NCBI GenBank assembly: GCA_965228475.1
Contig: OZ245817.1
Span: forward strand, 1,664,001 to 1,728,000
Direction of reading: 5' to 3'
Source: Myxococcota bacterium
GTDB taxonomy: Bacteria > Myxococcota_A > UBA9160 > JAFDDA01
Length of the DNA stretch: 64,000 nucleotides
Shown: positions 13,242-25,185 of the stretch, piece after piece
Numbering within the stretch: position 1 is the stretch's first letter
Layout of the letters: each line of letters begins with the position of its first letter
The notes under the pieces: model-generated
What the model saw: the letters and a program-made list of their open reading frames with translations, nothing else
Database searches by the model: none
What the model was told of the DNA's origin: nothing
Made by a program: the position numbers and the translations under genes

Positions 13242-14432
13242 ATGTCCCAGCAGACATCCGAAGTCTTGAAGTCCGTAGTCCCTCCGAGCGAACGCGTCGT
13301 CGTCTTCGACACGACCCTGCGCGACGGCGAGCAATCCGCCGGCGTCGCCTTCACGGCCGAAGAGAAGGTCGAGATTGCCCGGGCCCTCGCCGCGATGGGC
13401 GTCGACGTCATCGAAGCCGGCTTCCCCGGCGCGAGCCAGGGCGAGCTCGCTTCCGTGGAGCGCGTGGCGCGGGAGGTCCGCGACGCGACGATCTGCGGGC
13501 TCGCCCGCGCGGTTCCCGCCGACGTCGAGGCGGCCTGCGAGGCCCTCGCGGGGGCAGCCCGTCCGCGAATCCACGTCTTCGTGAACGCGAGCGACGTCCA
13601 GCTCGCCCATCAGCTGAAAAAGGGGCGGGAGGAAGTCGTCCGGCTCGCAGCGGAGAACGTGCGCCGCGCGACCTCGCTCACCCCGGACGTCGAGTTCAGC
13701 CCGATGGACGCCACGCGGGCGGACTGGGACTTCCTGACGGAGATCGTGACGGCGGCGATCGAGGCCGGCGCCACGACGGTGAATCTGCCCGATACGGTGG
13801 GCTACGCGCGGCCGGCACACGTGAGCGGACTGTTCGCGCACGTCCGCGCGACCGTCCCGAGCGTGTCGCGCGCCGTGCTCTCCTTCCACGGCCAGAACGA
13901 CCTCGGCCTCGCCACGGCCAACGCCCTGGCCGCCGTCGAGGCCGGCGCGCGTCAGGTGGAGGTCTGCGTGAACGGGATCGGGGAACGCGCGGGGAACACC
14001 TCCTTCGAGGAGGTCGTGATGGCGCTGCGCGTGCACGGGCGCGAGCTCGGCGTCCACACCGGTGTCGCCACGCGCGGGATCCACCCGCTCTCGCGCCGGG
14101 TCGAGGCGCTCAGCGGAATCGCCGTCCCCGCGAACAAGGCGATCGTCGGGGCCAATGCGTTCCGGCACGCCTCGGGCATCCATCAGGACGGCGTGCTCAA
14201 GTTTCGCGAGACCTTCGAGTGCCTCGACCCGGCGGAGATCGGCCACCCGACGGGGACCGAGATCGTGCTCGGGAAGCTCTCGGGGCGGGCGGGCTTCGAC
14301 GCGCGCATCCGGCAGCTCGGCTACCGCCTCGAGGGCCCGGCCTTCGAACGCGCCTTCGAGCGGTTCCAGCACCGGGCCGACCGCACCCGCGTGGTGGGCG
14401 ACGAGGACCTGCGCGCGATCTGTGGCGCCTGA
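13242..14432 (+). CDS. leuA: 2-isopropylmalate synthase, short form without the C-terminal regulatory domain
   Basis: FDTTLRDGEQ, PDTVGY, HGQNDLGLA, GIGERAGN, HASGIHQDG; only 396 aa; Leu attenuator upstream. Confidence 0.88.
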   Translation: MSQQTSEVLKSVVPPSERVVVFDTTLRDGEQSAGVAFTAEEKVEIARALAAMGVDVIEAGFPGASQGELASVERVAREVRDATICGLARAVPADVEAACEALAGAARPRIHVFVNASDVQLAHQLKKGREEVVRLAAENVRRATSLTPDVEFSPMDATRADWDFLTEIVTAAIEAGATTVNLPDTVGYARPAHVSGLFAHVRATVPSVSRAVLSFHGQNDLGLATANALAAVEAGARQVEVCVNGIGERAGNTSFEEVVMALRVHGRELGVHTGVATRGIHPLSRRVEALSGIAVPANKAIVGANAFRHASGIHQDGVLKFRETFECLDPAEIGHPTGTEIVLGKLSGRAGFDARIRQLGYRLEGPAFERAFERFQHRADRTRVVGDEDLRAICGA

Positions 14433-14518
14433 GGCGCTCCCGGGGCGGCCTGCGAGGGCCGCCCCGGGGCCGGCGAGAAGCACTACGGAGGAAGCGCGGG
14501 AACGACGATGAGTCCCCC

Positions 14519-14767
14519 ATGCGGATCCAGACCACGCTCGCCGCGCTGGCGCTCGCCTTCTTGCCGACGGGTTGCCTGTTCATGACGCCCCACGGCCAGC
14601 CCGTGGTGGTCGAGCGCACCACCCAGGACGACCTCTGGGACGGCAACGCGATGCTGATCGAACGCACCGCGGACGGCACCCAGTGCAAGGTGAAGGTCCG
14701 CGACAGCCTCGGCATCGTCGTCACCCGCTGGTACGACTGCAAGTACCTCCACTACCGGATGCGCTAG
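14519..14767 (+). CDS. Small lipoprotein, unknown function (82 aa)
   Basis: Signal peptide MRIQTTLAALALAFLPTG-C (lipobox), two further Cys, typical codon bias. Confidence 0.75.
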   Translation: MRIQTTLAALALAFLPTGCLFMTPHGQPVVVERTTQDDLWDGNAMLIERTADGTQCKVKVRDSLGIVVTRWYDCKYLHYRMR

Positions 14768-14800
14768 GCCGGCGGGCCTCCTGCCGCGATTCGATCGGTT

Positions 14801-16342
14801 CTACAGAACGGCCTCGATCAGGCTCGGGCCGGGCTCGGCGAGGGCGCGTTCGAAGGCGGTGCAGAAGGCGTCGGCGGTCTCGGCGCGCTCCGCGGGGACG
14901 CCCATGCCTCGCGAGAGGGCGACCCAGTCGATGACCGGGGCGGAGAGATCCGTCATGGCCCGGGCGTTGCGGCCGGGCTCGGCGACGCCGGCCTTGGCGA
15001 GTTCGATCTGCAGGATGCGGTAGGCGCGGTTCGCGCAGATGACGGTGACGACGTCGAGGCCCTCGCGCGCCTGGGTCCAGAGGGCCTGCAGGGTGTAGAG
15101 CCCGCTGCCGTCGGCCTGGACGGCGATGACCTTGCGATCGGGGCAGGCGACCGCCGCGCCGGTGGCGCAGGGCAGGCCCTGGCCGATCGCGCCGCCGGTG
15201 AGCGCGAGGTAGCTGTGGGGCGGCGCGCCGGCCGCGGAGACCCAGTGCGGGAGGCCGGAGGTCGCGCCTTCGTCCATGACGATGCAGTTCTCGGGCTGGA
15301 GCGCGGCGATGGCGGCGCCGAGGGAGACCGGATCGAGCGCGCCCGTCGGCTTTGCGGGGCGCGCGAGCGCCGTGGTCTCGCCGGATGCGGGTGCGTCGAG
15401 GGCGTCGGCGAGCGCGCGGAGTGCGGCCGTGCCGTCCTCCTCGGGCGCGGCGAAGGTCTGCGTCTCGCAGTCGGCGGGAGCGAGACGGCTCGGCGTGTCG
15501 GGGTAGCCGAAGAAGGTGATCGGCTCGGTGGCTTCGACGAGCAGCAGGGTGTCGATCCCGGCGAGGGTGGCCGCGCCCTGGTCCGGGAAGTAGCCGATGC
15601 GCTCGACGGCGGGCCGACCGGCCCCCCGCTCGACGCGTGGCAGGAAGGTGTCGCACAGCAGCCGGGCTCCGGTCGCCGCCGCGACCCGGGCCGCCGCGGC
15701 GAGGCCGTCCTCGAGGAGCGCGCTCCCGCGCAGCAGGAGCGCCGGTGCGCGGGCCGCGCGCAGCTGCTTCGCGGCGGCCTCGACGCGGCTCGCGGCGACC
15801 TCGGCCGGGGCGGGCGGGCCGCTCCACGCGGCCGTTCGCCCGCCGTCGTCCCACTGTACGTCGGCGGGGACGATCAGCGTCGAGACGCCGCCCGGCGCGT
15901 GATGGGCCGCTTCGATGGCGCGGGCGGTGTCCGCCCCGAGCTCCGCGACGGCGGTCGAGCCGTGCACGTGGCAGGAGACCGGCGACGCCAGCGAGACGAT
16001 GTCCGAGGTGAGCGGCGCGTCCGCTTCGAGGTGCCAGCTCGCGTGGTCGCCGATCACGTTGAAGACCGGGGCGGCCGCGCGGCGCGCGTTGTGGAGGTTG
16101 GCGATGCCGTTCGCGAAGCCCGGGCCGAGGTGGAGGAGCGTCATGGCCGGGCGGCGGGTCATGCGCGCGTAGCCGTCGGCGGCGCCGGTGCAGACGCCCT
16201 CGAACAGTCCGAGCACGCCGCGCATCCCCGAGACCGAGTCGAGGGCTGCGACCAGGGGCATCTCGGTCGTTCCGGGGTTCGCGAAGCAGACGTCCACGCC
16301 CGCTCCGAGAGCGGTTCGGACGAGGCTCTCGGCACCGTTCAT
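14801..16342 (-). CDS. Thiamine-diphosphate enzyme (acetolactate synthase large subunit-like family)
   Basis: FANPGTTE, LFEGVCTGAADGYAR, LHLGPG, ThDP motif ADGSGLY...N. Confidence 0.9.
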   Translation of the reverse strand: MNGAESLVRTALGAGVDVCFANPGTTEMPLVAALDSVSGMRGVLGLFEGVCTGAADGYARMTRRPAMTLLHLGPGFANGIANLHNARRAAAPVFNVIGDHASWHLEADAPLTSDIVSLASPVSCHVHGSTAVAELGADTARAIEAAHHAPGGVSTLIVPADVQWDDGGRTAAWSGPPAPAEVAASRVEAAAKQLRAARAPALLLRGSALLEDGLAAAARVAAATGARLLCDTFLPRVERGAGRPAVERIGYFPDQGAATLAGIDTLLLVEATEPITFFGYPDTPSRLAPADCETQTFAAPEEDGTAALRALADALDAPASGETTALARPAKPTGALDPVSLGAAIAALQPENCIVMDEGATSGLPHWVSAAGAPPHSYLALTGGAIGQGLPCATGAAVACPDRKVIAVQADGSGLYTLQALWTQAREGLDVVTVICANRAYRILQIELAKAGVAEPGRNARAMTDLSAPVIDWVALSRGMGVPAERAETADAFCTAFERALAEPGPSLIEAVL

Positions 16343-16387
16343 CTTCTTCTCGTTCCTCGGAGGAGGGGGTTGGCGCGAGCCCGTGGC

Positions 16388-16822
16388 TCAGTCGGCGGCC
16401 CAGCGGTGCGCGCAGTTCCGGCAGCGGGCGTCGCTGCGGGCGAAGGGTAGGGGGAGCCCGAGCCATCGCCAACGGCGCGGGGGGCCGAGGGGCTCGACCA
16501 CCCGAAGGGAGCCGCAGCGCGGGCAGCGGCTGGCCGAGAGGTCGTCGGTGAGCCAGTCGGCGGAGGAGGGCTGATGGGCCTCGGCCTCGAGCACGCGCCG
16601 GGCGGCCGGTTCCTGCCAGGCCCGTACGAAGAGCCGGACGGTGCCGCTGCCGGTCCAGGCGAGCCCTGCCGCGAACTCGCCCTCGAGCACCGCCTCGATG
16701 CCTTCGACCTCGAGGCTCAGCCGGGCCAGGTGGCCTTCGTGGGGGCGGTCGAAACGGGCCACGAGGACCGGCCGCTCGGCTTCGGCCTGAAGGGCAGCGC
16801 TCTCGAGCTGGGGGCCGTCCAT
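16388..16822 (-). CDS. DUF2007-like protein with a C-terminal Zn-ribbon
   Basis: EGHLARLSLEVEGIEA...GTVRLFV segment; CPRC...CRNC; ATG 7 nt after a TAGGCT -10 box. Confidence 0.7.
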   Translation of the reverse strand: MDGPQLESAALQAEAERPVLVARFDRPHEGHLARLSLEVEGIEAVLEGEFAAGLAWTGSGTVRLFVRAWQEPAARRVLEAEAHQPSSADWLTDDLSASRCPRCGSLRVVEPLGPPRRWRWLGLPLPFARSDARCRNCAHRWAAD

Positions 16823-17074
16823 GCCTTCTAGCCTAACCGGGGGGACCGCCTTCGGGGGGCTCGACCCGCAATCGGCGTGCAACTTTGCCCCGCGGGGCAA
16901 GGCTGGCTGCCGAGCCGTCCGGGCTCGCGGTGAGGACCAATAACCCCTCGATTTTTCAACGCTCCCAGCCTATTCTCCCGGCCGCCCGGGGCCCCGGCGC
17001 CAACACGCCGGCCCCATCCCTGCAGTTCCCGAGACTTTCGGCCGCGGCCCTCCTACCGCGGTCTGGAGAAACAA

Positions 17075-19111
17075 ATGCCCATTACCGAGATCTCTTTCGT
17101 CGCCGGCGTGCTCGCCATCGTGGTCGGCCTCGTGCTCTACCGACGCGTGCTCGCCGCGCCCACCGAGAACGCCCGCGCCCAGGAGATCGCCGCGGCGATC
17201 CAGGCCGGCGCCCAGGCCTTCCTCGCGCGCCAGTACCGCACCGTCTTCATCGTCGGCCTGCCGATTCTGGCCGCGATCGGCTTCCTTTTGAACTGGTGGT
17301 ACGCCGGCGGCTTCGTGCTCGGCGCCCTCGCCAGCGCTGCGGCGGGCTTCATCGGCATGAACGTCTCGGTCCGGGCGAACCTGCGGGTGGCGGAAGCGGC
17401 GAAGACGGGCTTCGGCCCCGCCTTCGGCCTCGCCTACCAGGGTGGCGCGGTGACGGGCCTGATGGTCGTCGGCGCGGGCCTGCTCTCGCTGGCGGTGATC
17501 GTGCTCGCCATGCACCAGCTCGGCTACGCCAAGCCGGACGCGCTGGTCGGCCTGGCCTTCGGCGGCTCGCTGATCTCGGTGTTCGCGCGCCTCGGCGGCG
17601 GCATCTTCACCAAGGGCGCCGACGTCGGCGCCGACCTCGTGGGCAAGGTCGAGGCGAACATCCCCGAGGACGATCCGCGCAACCCGGCGGTGATCGCCGA
17701 CAACGTGGGCGACAACGTCGGCGACTGCGCCGGCATGGCCGCGGACCTCTTCGAGACCTACGGCGTCACCGCGGCCGCGGTGATGCTGCTCGCGCACATT
17801 ATCTTCCCGGGCGACGAGGCGATGTTCCTCTACCCGCTCGCCGTCGGTGCCATGAGCATCGTCGGTTCGCTCGTCGCGATCCCCTTCGTTCGCATCGGTG
17901 AGCCCGCCGAGGGGCAGCAGCCGCCGGTCATGCGCGCCATGTACATCGGTCTGACGATCGCCGCGGTGATCGCCATGGGCCTCCTCGCGGCCTTCCACGG
18001 CACGATCTCGAGCTGGCCGACCTCCACGGGCGGCGTCGAGCTGACCGGCATGAACCTCTGGCTCTGCGCTGGCGCCGGCATGCTCGTGACCTTCGCCATG
18101 ATGTGGATCACGGACCTCTACACGGGCGACGGCTCGCCCTTCGTCGATCGCATCGCCAAGGCGAGCGAGGGCGGACACGCCACGAACATCATCTCCGGCC
18201 TCGCGGTCGGCATGCAGGCCACGGTGATCCCGGTGGTCGTGGTGGTCGCCGCGATGATCACCTGCTTCGAGTTGGCGGGCCTCTACGGCGTCGGCATCGC
18301 CGCCATGGCCATGCTCTCGATGGCGGGCATCGTGGTCTCGATCGACGCCTACGGCCCGATCACGGACAACGCCGGCGGCATCGCCGAGATGGCCGAGATG
18401 GGCGACGAGGTCCGCGCCGTGACCGACCCGCTCGACGCCTTCGGCAACACGACCAAGGCCGTCACCAAGGGCTACGCGATCGCCTCGGCCGGCCTGGCGG
18501 CGGTGGTGCTCTTCGCGACCTACATCGAGGACCTCCGCGCCGGCGGCGTGGAAGCCGTCTTCCAGCTCTCGGACGTGGGCGTCCTCGCGGGCCTCTTCAT
18601 CGGCGCGATGGTGCCCTTCGTGTTCGCCTCCCTCGCCATGGACGCCGTCGGCGTCGCCGGCGGGCGCGTGGTGGACGAGGTCCGGCGCCAGTTCCGGGAG
18701 ATCCCGGGCATCATGGAAGGCACGGGCAAGCCCGACTACCGCACCTGCGTCGACATCGTGACGGCCGAGGCCCTGCGCCAAATGGTGCTCCCGGCCCTCA
18801 TCCCGGCCGTGATCCCGGTGCTCGTGGGCCTCTTCATGGGCCCGGAGGCCCTGGGCGGCCTGCTGATTGGTTCGATCGTCTCGGGCCTTTGTGTGGCACT
18901 CTCGATGACGACGGGGGGCGCCGCGTGGGACAACGCCAAGAAGTACATCGAGTCCGGCTCCTACGGCGGCAAGGGCTCCGAGGCGCACAAGGCCTCGGTG
19001 ACCGGCGACACGGTCGGCGACCCCTACAAGGACACCGCCGGCCCGGCCATCAACCCGATGCTGAAGCTGGTGAACATCGTCGCGATCCTGATCATTCCCT
19101 TCCTGGGGTGA
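17075..19111 (+). CDS. hppA: Membrane pyrophosphatase, K+-independent H+-translocating type
   Basis: [37 protein letters not shown] carries the Lys diagnostic of K+ independence. Confidence 0.93.
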   Translation: MPITEISFVAGVLAIVVGLVLYRRVLAAPTENARAQEIAAAIQAGAQAFLARQYRTVFIVGLPILAAIGFLLNWWYAGGFVLGALASAAAGFIGMNVSVRANLRVAEAAKTGFGPAFGLAYQGGAVTGLMVVGAGLLSLAVIVLAMHQLGYAKPDALVGLAFGGSLISVFARLGGGIFTKGADVGADLVGKVEANIPEDDPRNPAVIADNVGDNVGDCAGMAADLFETYGVTAAAVMLLAHIIFPGDEAMFLYPLAVGAMSIVGSLVAIPFVRIGEPAEGQQPPVMRAMYIGLTIAAVIAMGLLAAFHGTISSWPTSTGGVELTGMNLWLCAGAGMLVTFAMMWITDLYTGDGSPFVDRIAKASEGGHATNIISGLAVGMQATVIPVVVVVAAMITCFELAGLYGVGIAAMAMLSMAGIVVSIDAYGPITDNAGGIAEMAEMGDEVRAVTDPLDAFGNTTKAVTKGYAIASAGLAAVVLFATYIEDLRAGGVEAVFQLSDVGVLAGLFIGAMVPFVFASLAMDAVGVAGGRVVDEVRRQFREIPGIMEGTGKPDYRTCVDIVTAEALRQMVLPALIPAVIPVLVGLFMGPEALGGLLIGSIVSGLCVALSMTTGGAAWDNAKKYIESGSYGGKGSEAHKASVTGDTVGDPYKDTAGPAINPMLKLVNIVAILIIPFLG

Positions 19112-19157
19112 TCCCGAACGCGGGCCCGGACCGAGTCCGGGCCGCACCGAGCCACGC

Positions 19158-20549
19158 ATGACGGGGATGGCGGAAGACCGCCATCCCCGTGATCGTTTGC
19201 GCCGGGAGATCGGCGTCGGCGCTGCGGTGCTGCTCGTCGTCTCCTCGGTGGTCGGCTCGGGGATCTTCTTCACGCCGGGCCGCATCGCCGGCCTCGTGCC
19301 CGACGTCGAGTGGATGTTCGCGCTCTGGCTGGTCGGGGGCGGTCTCTCCCTGGCCGGCGCCCTCGCCAACGCCGAGCTCGGCGCCATGTACCCCCACGCC
19401 GGGGGCGACTACGTCTATCTGCGCGAGGCGTTCCATCCCGCGGCCGGGTACTTCGTCGGCTGGACCACGTTCTTCGCGATCTACGCCGGGACCCTCGCGG
19501 CCCTTGCGGCGGCCTTCGGGGAAGGGCTCGGGGCCTTCCTCGGCTGGGACACCCGGCCCGGCGCGCCCGGCGTCCTCGGCCTCGCGATCGGGGTGACCGT
19601 CGCGACCTCGGCGCTGAACTACGTCGGCGTCCGCTTCGGGGCCTGGGCGAACAACGTGACCGCCGCGCTGAAGATCTTCGCGCTGCTGGCCCTGGCGCTG
19701 GTGGCGCCCTTCACCGGGCGCGGCGACGTCGCCCACTTCACCGCCCTCGTCCCGGAGGCCTCGACGACGGTCTCCTCCTTCGCCCTGGCGCTCTCGCCCG
19801 TGCTCTTCACCTACCTCGGCTGGAACGCCACGATCTACGTCGCGAGCGAGCTGCGGGATCCGGGGCGCACCGTGCCGCGCTCCCTGTTCGGCGGCCTCGC
19901 GATCTGCACGCTGATCTACATCGTCATGAACGCCGTGTACGTCTACGCGATGCCCCTGGCCGAGCAGCGGGGCGTGGCGAACGCCGGGGAGGCCACGGCG
20001 CGCGTCCTGCTGGGCGACGTGGGGGGCACGATCGTCGGGGTCTTCGTGCTGGGCTCGATCCTCGGCACGCTCAACGCCACCGTCCTGGTCGGCCCGCGCA
20101 TCGCCTACGCCATGGCCCTCGACGGGCTCTTCTTCTCGAAGGTCGACGCCGCCCACGGCCGCTTCGGGACGCCCCACGTCGCGATCCTCCTCCAGGGCGG
20201 CGTGGCCGTGGTGCTGCTCGTGATCTTCCAGACCTTCCCGACCTCCATCTTCGCCAGCGCCCTCGACTACACGGTCTTCGCGATCGTCCTGGCCACGATG
20301 GCGGACACCGCGGCCCTCTACCGCCTCCGCTGGCTCCAGCCCGACCGTCCGCGCCCCTACCGGGCCTGGGGCTACCCCTGGGTCCCGGCGCTCTATCTCG
20401 CGGTGAACGGCTGGATCGCCTTCGAGATGCTCCGCCAGCGGCCCGGGGAGTGCGCCATCGGCCTGGCCGTGGTGGCGACGGGCTGGCCCTTCTACGCGTG
20501 GTTCCGGCGGCGTTCCGCCGGATCCGCCGGGCCGCTTGTCGGGGGCTGA
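19158..20549 (+). CDS. APC-family amino acid permease
   Basis: [35 protein letters not shown]; about 12 TM segments. Confidence 0.92.
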   Translation: MTGMAEDRHPRDRLRREIGVGAAVLLVVSSVVGSGIFFTPGRIAGLVPDVEWMFALWLVGGGLSLAGALANAELGAMYPHAGGDYVYLREAFHPAAGYFVGWTTFFAIYAGTLAALAAAFGEGLGAFLGWDTRPGAPGVLGLAIGVTVATSALNYVGVRFGAWANNVTAALKIFALLALALVAPFTGRGDVAHFTALVPEASTTVSSFALALSPVLFTYLGWNATIYVASELRDPGRTVPRSLFGGLAICTLIYIVMNAVYVYAMPLAEQRGVANAGEATARVLLGDVGGTIVGVFVLGSILGTLNATVLVGPRIAYAMALDGLFFSKVDAAHGRFGTPHVAILLQGGVAVVLLVIFQTFPTSIFASALDYTVFAIVLATMADTAALYRLRWLQPDRPRPYRAWGYPWVPALYLAVNGWIAFEMLRQRPGECAIGLAVVATGWPFYAWFRRRSAGSAGPLVGG

Positions 20550-20604
20550 TTCCTCCAATATTCTTGGGTGGTTACGAGTTTGCCCCCGCACGAAGGTGCG
20601 ACCC

Positions 20605-21813
20605 ATGTCCCGTTTCCAGCACGACTTCAACAAGCTGAACCGGCTGCCTCCCTACATCCTGGCGGAGGTGACCGACCTGATGCGCGCCGCGCGGCGCGCC
20701 GGGGAAGACATCATCGATCTCGGGATGGGGAATCCCGATCTCGCGACGCCCGACCACGTCGTAGAGAAGATCGTCGAAGCGGCCCGCAACCCGCGCAACC
20801 ATCGCTACTCCGCATCGCGTGGCATCCCGAACCTGCGCGCGGCCATCTGCGAGTGGTACCAGCGCCGCCACGGGGTCGAGCTCGACCCGGACCGCGAGGC
20901 CGTCGCGACGATCGGTGCGAAGGAGGGCCTCTCCCACTTCGTGCTGATGACGATCGGCCCGGGCGACGTGGTGCTGTGTCAGGACCCGGCGTATCCGATC
21001 CACCCGTACTCGGTGATCATCTCCGGCGGGGATCTTCGCCAGGTGCCGCTCACCGGCGACACGGACTTCATCGAGAACCTCGAGCAGGCGGTCGCGCGGA
21101 CCTGGCCGAAGCCGAAGATGTTGATCCTCTCGTTCCCCGCGAACCCGACCACCCAGGTGGTGGACCTTGCGTTCTTCGAGCGCATCGTCGCCTTCGCCAA
21201 GGAGCACGACCTGATGGTGCTCCACGACTTCGCCTACGCGGAGATCGCCTTCGACGGCTACAGGCCGCCGAGCATCCTCGAGGTGCCGGGGGCGCGGGAC
21301 GTGGCGATCGAGTTCGTCTCGCTCTCGAAGAGCCACTCGATGGCGGGCTGGCGCGTCGGCTTCGCCTGCGGGAACCCGGAGATGATCCACGCGCTCACGC
21401 GCATCAAGAGCTACCTCGACTACGGGATGCCCCAGGCCATCCAGATCGGCGCGATCACGGCCCTGCGCGGGCCCCAGGACTGCGTCGACGAGAACGTGGC
21501 GGAGTACAAGGCGCGGCGGGACACGCTGATCGACGGGCTCGGTGCGCCCGGTCCCGGCCAGTGGAAGATCGAGAAGCCCCTGGCCACGATGTTCGTTTGG
21601 GCCCAGGTGCCCGAACCCTTCCGGGAGCTCGGCTCGCTCGAGTTCTCGAAGCTCCTGCTCAAGGAGGCGGGCGTCGCGGTCTCCGCGGGAATCGGTTTCG
21701 GCGAGACCGGCGAGGGCCATGTGCGCTTCGCCCTGATCGAGAACAATCATCGCATCCGCCAGGCCGTGCGCGGCATCCGCCGCGTGATCCGCCAGGCAGG
21801 GGAGTCCACTTGA
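20605..21813 (+). CDS. Class I/II PLP aminotransferase (AlaC-like)
   Basis: [31 protein letters not shown]; precedes hom-thrC. Confidence 0.88.
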   Translation: MSRFQHDFNKLNRLPPYILAEVTDLMRAARRAGEDIIDLGMGNPDLATPDHVVEKIVEAARNPRNHRYSASRGIPNLRAAICEWYQRRHGVELDPDREAVATIGAKEGLSHFVLMTIGPGDVVLCQDPAYPIHPYSVIISGGDLRQVPLTGDTDFIENLEQAVARTWPKPKMLILSFPANPTTQVVDLAFFERIVAFAKEHDLMVLHDFAYAEIAFDGYRPPSILEVPGARDVAIEFVSLSKSHSMAGWRVGFACGNPEMIHALTRIKSYLDYGMPQAIQIGAITALRGPQDCVDENVAEYKARRDTLIDGLGAPGPGQWKIEKPLATMFVWAQVPEPFRELGSLEFSKLLLKEAGVAVSAGIGFGETGEGHVRFALIENNHRIRQAVRGIRRVIRQAGEST

Positions 21814-21832
21814 AGAGCGGGGTCGAGACAGA

Positions 21833-23161
21833 ATGAACGGGCAGCAGATCGGCGTCGGGTTGATCGGCTTCGGGACGATCGGTTCGGGCGTGGCCAAGGT
21901 GTTGCGCGAGAACGCGGCGGTGATCGAGCAGCGCCTCGGTCACCCGCTCCGGCTCGTCCGGATCGCGGACCTCGACACCGAGACCGACCGCGGCGTGGAC
22001 CTCACCGGCATCCACTTCGACGACGACGCCCAGGGCCTGATCGACGACCCGGCCGTCGACATCGTGATCGAGCTGGTCGGCGGCTACGACGTCGCGCGGC
22101 GCTTCATGCTCGGCGCCATCGAGGCTGGCAAGCACGTCGTGACGGCGAACAAGGCGCTCCTCGCCCTGTACGGCGACGAGATCTTCGGCGCGGCCCACAC
22201 GAAGGGCGTGGACGTGGCCTTCGAGGCGGCCGTCGGCGGGGGCATCCCGATCCTGCGTTCCCTGCGCGAGGGGCTCTCGGCGAACCGCATCGAGAGCCTG
22301 CACGGCATCATGAACGGCACCACGAACTACGTCCTCACCGAGATGGAGAAGACCGGCGAGGACTTCGAGGTCGTTCTCAAGCGGGCCCAGGATCTCGGCT
22401 ACGCCGAGGCCGACCCGACCTTCGACGTCGACGGCATCGACGCGGCCCACAAGCTCGCGATCCTCGTCGGCATGGCGTTCGGGGCGAAGCTCACCTTCAA
22501 GGAGATCCCGACCGAGGGCATTCGCGGGCTCACGCCGGTGGACTTCGAGGCGGCCGAGGAGTTCGGCTACCGCTTCAAGCTGCTCGGCATCGCGAAATCG
22601 CGCAGCGAGGGCGGTACCGAGCACGTCGAGGCCCGCGTGCACCCGACGCTCGTGCCGACCGGCAGCCTGCTCGCCCAGGTGGACGGCGCGATGAACGCGA
22701 TCGCCGTCCACGGCAACGCCGTCGGGCCGACGCTCTTCTACGGCGCGGGCGCGGGCGAGATGCCGACGGCGAGCGCCGTCGTCGCGGACCTGATGGAGAT
22801 CGCTCGGGAGATCGGGCGGGGGCAGGCCGGGCGCGTCGCGCCGCTCTCCTATCACCCCGGCGAGCTTTCCGAGAAGCCGCTCGTCCCGCTCGGTGCGCTC
22901 ACGGGCCGCTACTTCCTGCGCTTCACCGCCGTCGACGAGCCGAACGTGCTGGCCCACATCGCGGGCTCCCTCGGCGAGCACGGCATCAGCATCGAATCGC
23001 TGCTCCAGAAGGGGCGGGCCGAAGCCGGCGCCTCGGTGCCGGTGATCGTGCTGACCCACCCGGCCCGGGAGGAGAGCGTCCGCGCCGCGATCGCGCGCAT
23101 CGACGCGCTCGAAGACGTCACCGCACCGACGCGCCTCGTGCGCATCGAGGAAGGACTCTGA
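21833..23161 (+). CDS. hom: Homoserine dehydrogenase with C-terminal ACT domain
   Basis: [32 protein letters not shown]. Confidence 0.97.
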   Translation: MNGQQIGVGLIGFGTIGSGVAKVLRENAAVIEQRLGHPLRLVRIADLDTETDRGVDLTGIHFDDDAQGLIDDPAVDIVIELVGGYDVARRFMLGAIEAGKHVVTANKALLALYGDEIFGAAHTKGVDVAFEAAVGGGIPILRSLREGLSANRIESLHGIMNGTTNYVLTEMEKTGEDFEVVLKRAQDLGYAEADPTFDVDGIDAAHKLAILVGMAFGAKLTFKEIPTEGIRGLTPVDFEAAEEFGYRFKLLGIAKSRSEGGTEHVEARVHPTLVPTGSLLAQVDGAMNAIAVHGNAVGPTLFYGAGAGEMPTASAVVADLMEIAREIGRGQAGRVAPLSYHPGELSEKPLVPLGALTGRYFLRFTAVDEPNVLAHIAGSLGEHGISIESLLQKGRAEAGASVPVIVLTHPAREESVRAAIARIDALEDVTAPTRLVRIEEGL

Positions 23162-24519
23162 TGCCGAGCAAGCCGGCCTACCGCGCCTGGTTCGAGGCCT
23201 TCGACGATCCGAGCGAGCGCTACGAGCTCGACGAGGTCGTCTACACCGCCAAGGACGGCGGCCTGCTCCAGGTCGTCCACGACATGGACGAGCTCAAGAA
23301 GACCTCCGCGGACGAGTGGAAGGCGATCTTCGAAGGCCGCGCCCACAAGACCACCTGGCCCTACGGCTCGGGGGTCTGGGGCAAGAAGGAATGGGTGCTG
23401 CCCGGCATCGACAACGACAACGTCGTCTCGATGTACGAGGGGCACACGAACCTCTTCTGGGCCGAGCGCTACGGCCGCGAGATCGGGCTCGAGGAGCTCT
23501 GGATCAAGCTTTGCGGCAACTCGCACACGGGGTCCTTCAAGGACCTCGGCATGACCGTCCTCGTCTCCCAGGTGAAGGAGATGATCGCGCGCGGCAAGGA
23601 AATCCCGGCCGTGGCCTGCGCCTCGACAGGCGACACCTCCGCGGCACTCGCGGCCTACGCGGCCGCCGCGGCGATCCCCTCGGCGGTGTTCCTGCCGCGC
23701 GGCAAGATCTCCGTCGCGCAGCTCATCCAGCCCGTGGCCAACGGCGCCATGGTCTTCGCCCTCGACACGGACTTCGACGGCTGCATGGAGATCGTGAAGG
23801 AGGTGGCCTCGAAGGACGGCATCTACCTCGCGAACTCGATGAACAGCCTGCGCGTGGAAGGCCAGAAGACGGTCGGAATCGAGGTCGTCCAGCAGTTCGA
23901 TTGGGAGGTGCCGGACTGGATCATCATCCCGGGCGGGAACCTCGGCAACGTGAGCGCCCTCGCGAAGGGCCTCGACATGCTCTACGAGCTGGGTCTCGTC
24001 TCCGGCCGGCCGCGCATCGTGTGCGCCCAGGCGGAGAACGCGAACCCGCTCTACCTGGCCTACCAGAAGGACTTCCAGGTCTTCGAGCCGATCGCCGCAC
24101 GCACGACCCTCGCCTCCGCCATCCAGATCGGGAACCCGGTCTCCTACGCGAAGGCGGTCGATGCGCTCTCGCGCTACGACGGGATCGTCGAGCAGGCGAG
24201 CGAGGCGGAGCTCGCCGAAGCCTCGGCCGAAGCGGACCGCACGGGCCTGTTCAACTGCCCGCACACCGGGGTGGCGCTGGCGGCGCTCCGCAAGCTCCAG
24301 AAGAAGGGCACGATCCGAAGCGGCGACCGCGTCGTGGTCGTCTCGACGGCCCACGGCCTGAAGTTCGTGGACTTCAAGCTCAAGTATCACGAGATGAAGC
24401 TCGCCGACGTCGTCCCGGACCATGCCAACCCGCCGATCGAGCTCGAGGCCAAGTACCAGACCGTGCGCGACGAGCTGATGCGCCAGATCGAGCAGCGGTT
24501 CGGGGCTGCTGGAGGGTAG
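23161..24519 (+). CDS. thrC: Threonine synthase
   Basis: [34 protein letters not shown]. Confidence 0.95.
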   Translation: MPSKPAYRAWFEAFDDPSERYELDEVVYTAKDGGLLQVVHDMDELKKTSADEWKAIFEGRAHKTTWPYGSGVWGKKEWVLPGIDNDNVVSMYEGHTNLFWAERYGREIGLEELWIKLCGNSHTGSFKDLGMTVLVSQVKEMIARGKEIPAVACASTGDTSAALAAYAAAAAIPSAVFLPRGKISVAQLIQPVANGAMVFALDTDFDGCMEIVKEVASKDGIYLANSMNSLRVEGQKTVGIEVVQQFDWEVPDWIIIPGGNLGNVSALAKGLDMLYELGLVSGRPRIVCAQAENANPLYLAYQKDFQVFEPIAARTTLASAIQIGNPVSYAKAVDALSRYDGIVEQASEAELAEASAEADRTGLFNCPHTGVALAALRKLQKKGTIRSGDRVVVVSTAHGLKFVDFKLKYHEMKLADVVPDHANPPIELEAKYQTVRDELMRQIEQRFGAAGG

Positions 24520-24525
24520 GGCGCG

Positions 24526-25128
24526 ATGTTCACCGGGATCATCGAGACCGTCGGGACCGTCGTCGCGCTCGATCGCAAGGGCGAGCTGGCGCGCATCGGG
24601 ATCGAGGCGCCGGCCATCCTCGAGGGCGTCCGGGTCGGCGACAGCATCGCGGTCAACGGCACCTGCCTCACGGTCACCCGCCTCGCGCCGCCGCGCGTCG
24701 ATTTCGACGCCGTCCGCGAGACGCTCGAAGTCACGGCCCTCGGCGCGCTCGAAGTCGGCTCCACGGTGAACCTCGAGCGCGCCATGCGCGCGGACGGGCG
24801 CCTCGACGGCCACATCGTCCAGGGCCACGTCGACGCGACCGGCACGGTCCGCTCCCTCGAGCGCCAGGGGGACGACGTCCGCTTCGCCGTCGAGACCGGG
24901 CCGGAGTTCGCGGACCTGCTCATCCCGAAGGGCTCGGTCACCATCGACGGTGTGTCGCTCACCGTCGTGAACGTCGAGCCCGACGGCTTCGACGTCGTGC
25001 TGATCCCGCACACCCTGAAGGAAACGACCCTCGGCCGCCGCGAGCCCGGCGACCCGGTGAACCTCGAGGGCGACGTCCTCGGGAAGTACGTGAAGCGCTA
25101 TCTCGAGCGAATCGCCCCGGGCGCCTGA
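24526..25128 (+). CDS. ribE: Riboflavin synthase (alpha chain)
   Basis: MFTGII N-terminus, GDSIAVNGTCLT, GHIVQGHVD, LIPHT. Confidence 0.97.
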   Translation: MFTGIIETVGTVVALDRKGELARIGIEAPAILEGVRVGDSIAVNGTCLTVTRLAPPRVDFDAVRETLEVTALGALEVGSTVNLERAMRADGRLDGHIVQGHVDATGTVRSLERQGDDVRFAVETGPEFADLLIPKGSVTIDGVSLTVVNVEPDGFDVVLIPHTLKETTLGRREPGDPVNLEGDVLGKYVKRYLERIAPGA

Positions 25129-25155
25129 CTCGAGCGAATCGTCCCGGGCGCCCGA
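25102..25155. repeat. 27-bp tandem duplication of the ribE 3' end
   Basis: CTCGAGCGAATCGCCCCGGGCGCCTGA followed by CTCGAGCGAATCGTCCCGGGCGCCCGA (2 mismatches). Confidence 0.85.
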
Positions 25156-25185
25156 GGCCCGCCCACCCCCGGCCCGGAGGCTCCC

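Noticed and set aside
17075..19111. Na+-translocating pyrophosphatase
   Set aside because: The GNTTKA lysine indicates the K+-independent class, which pumps H+; known Na+-PPases are K+-dependent.
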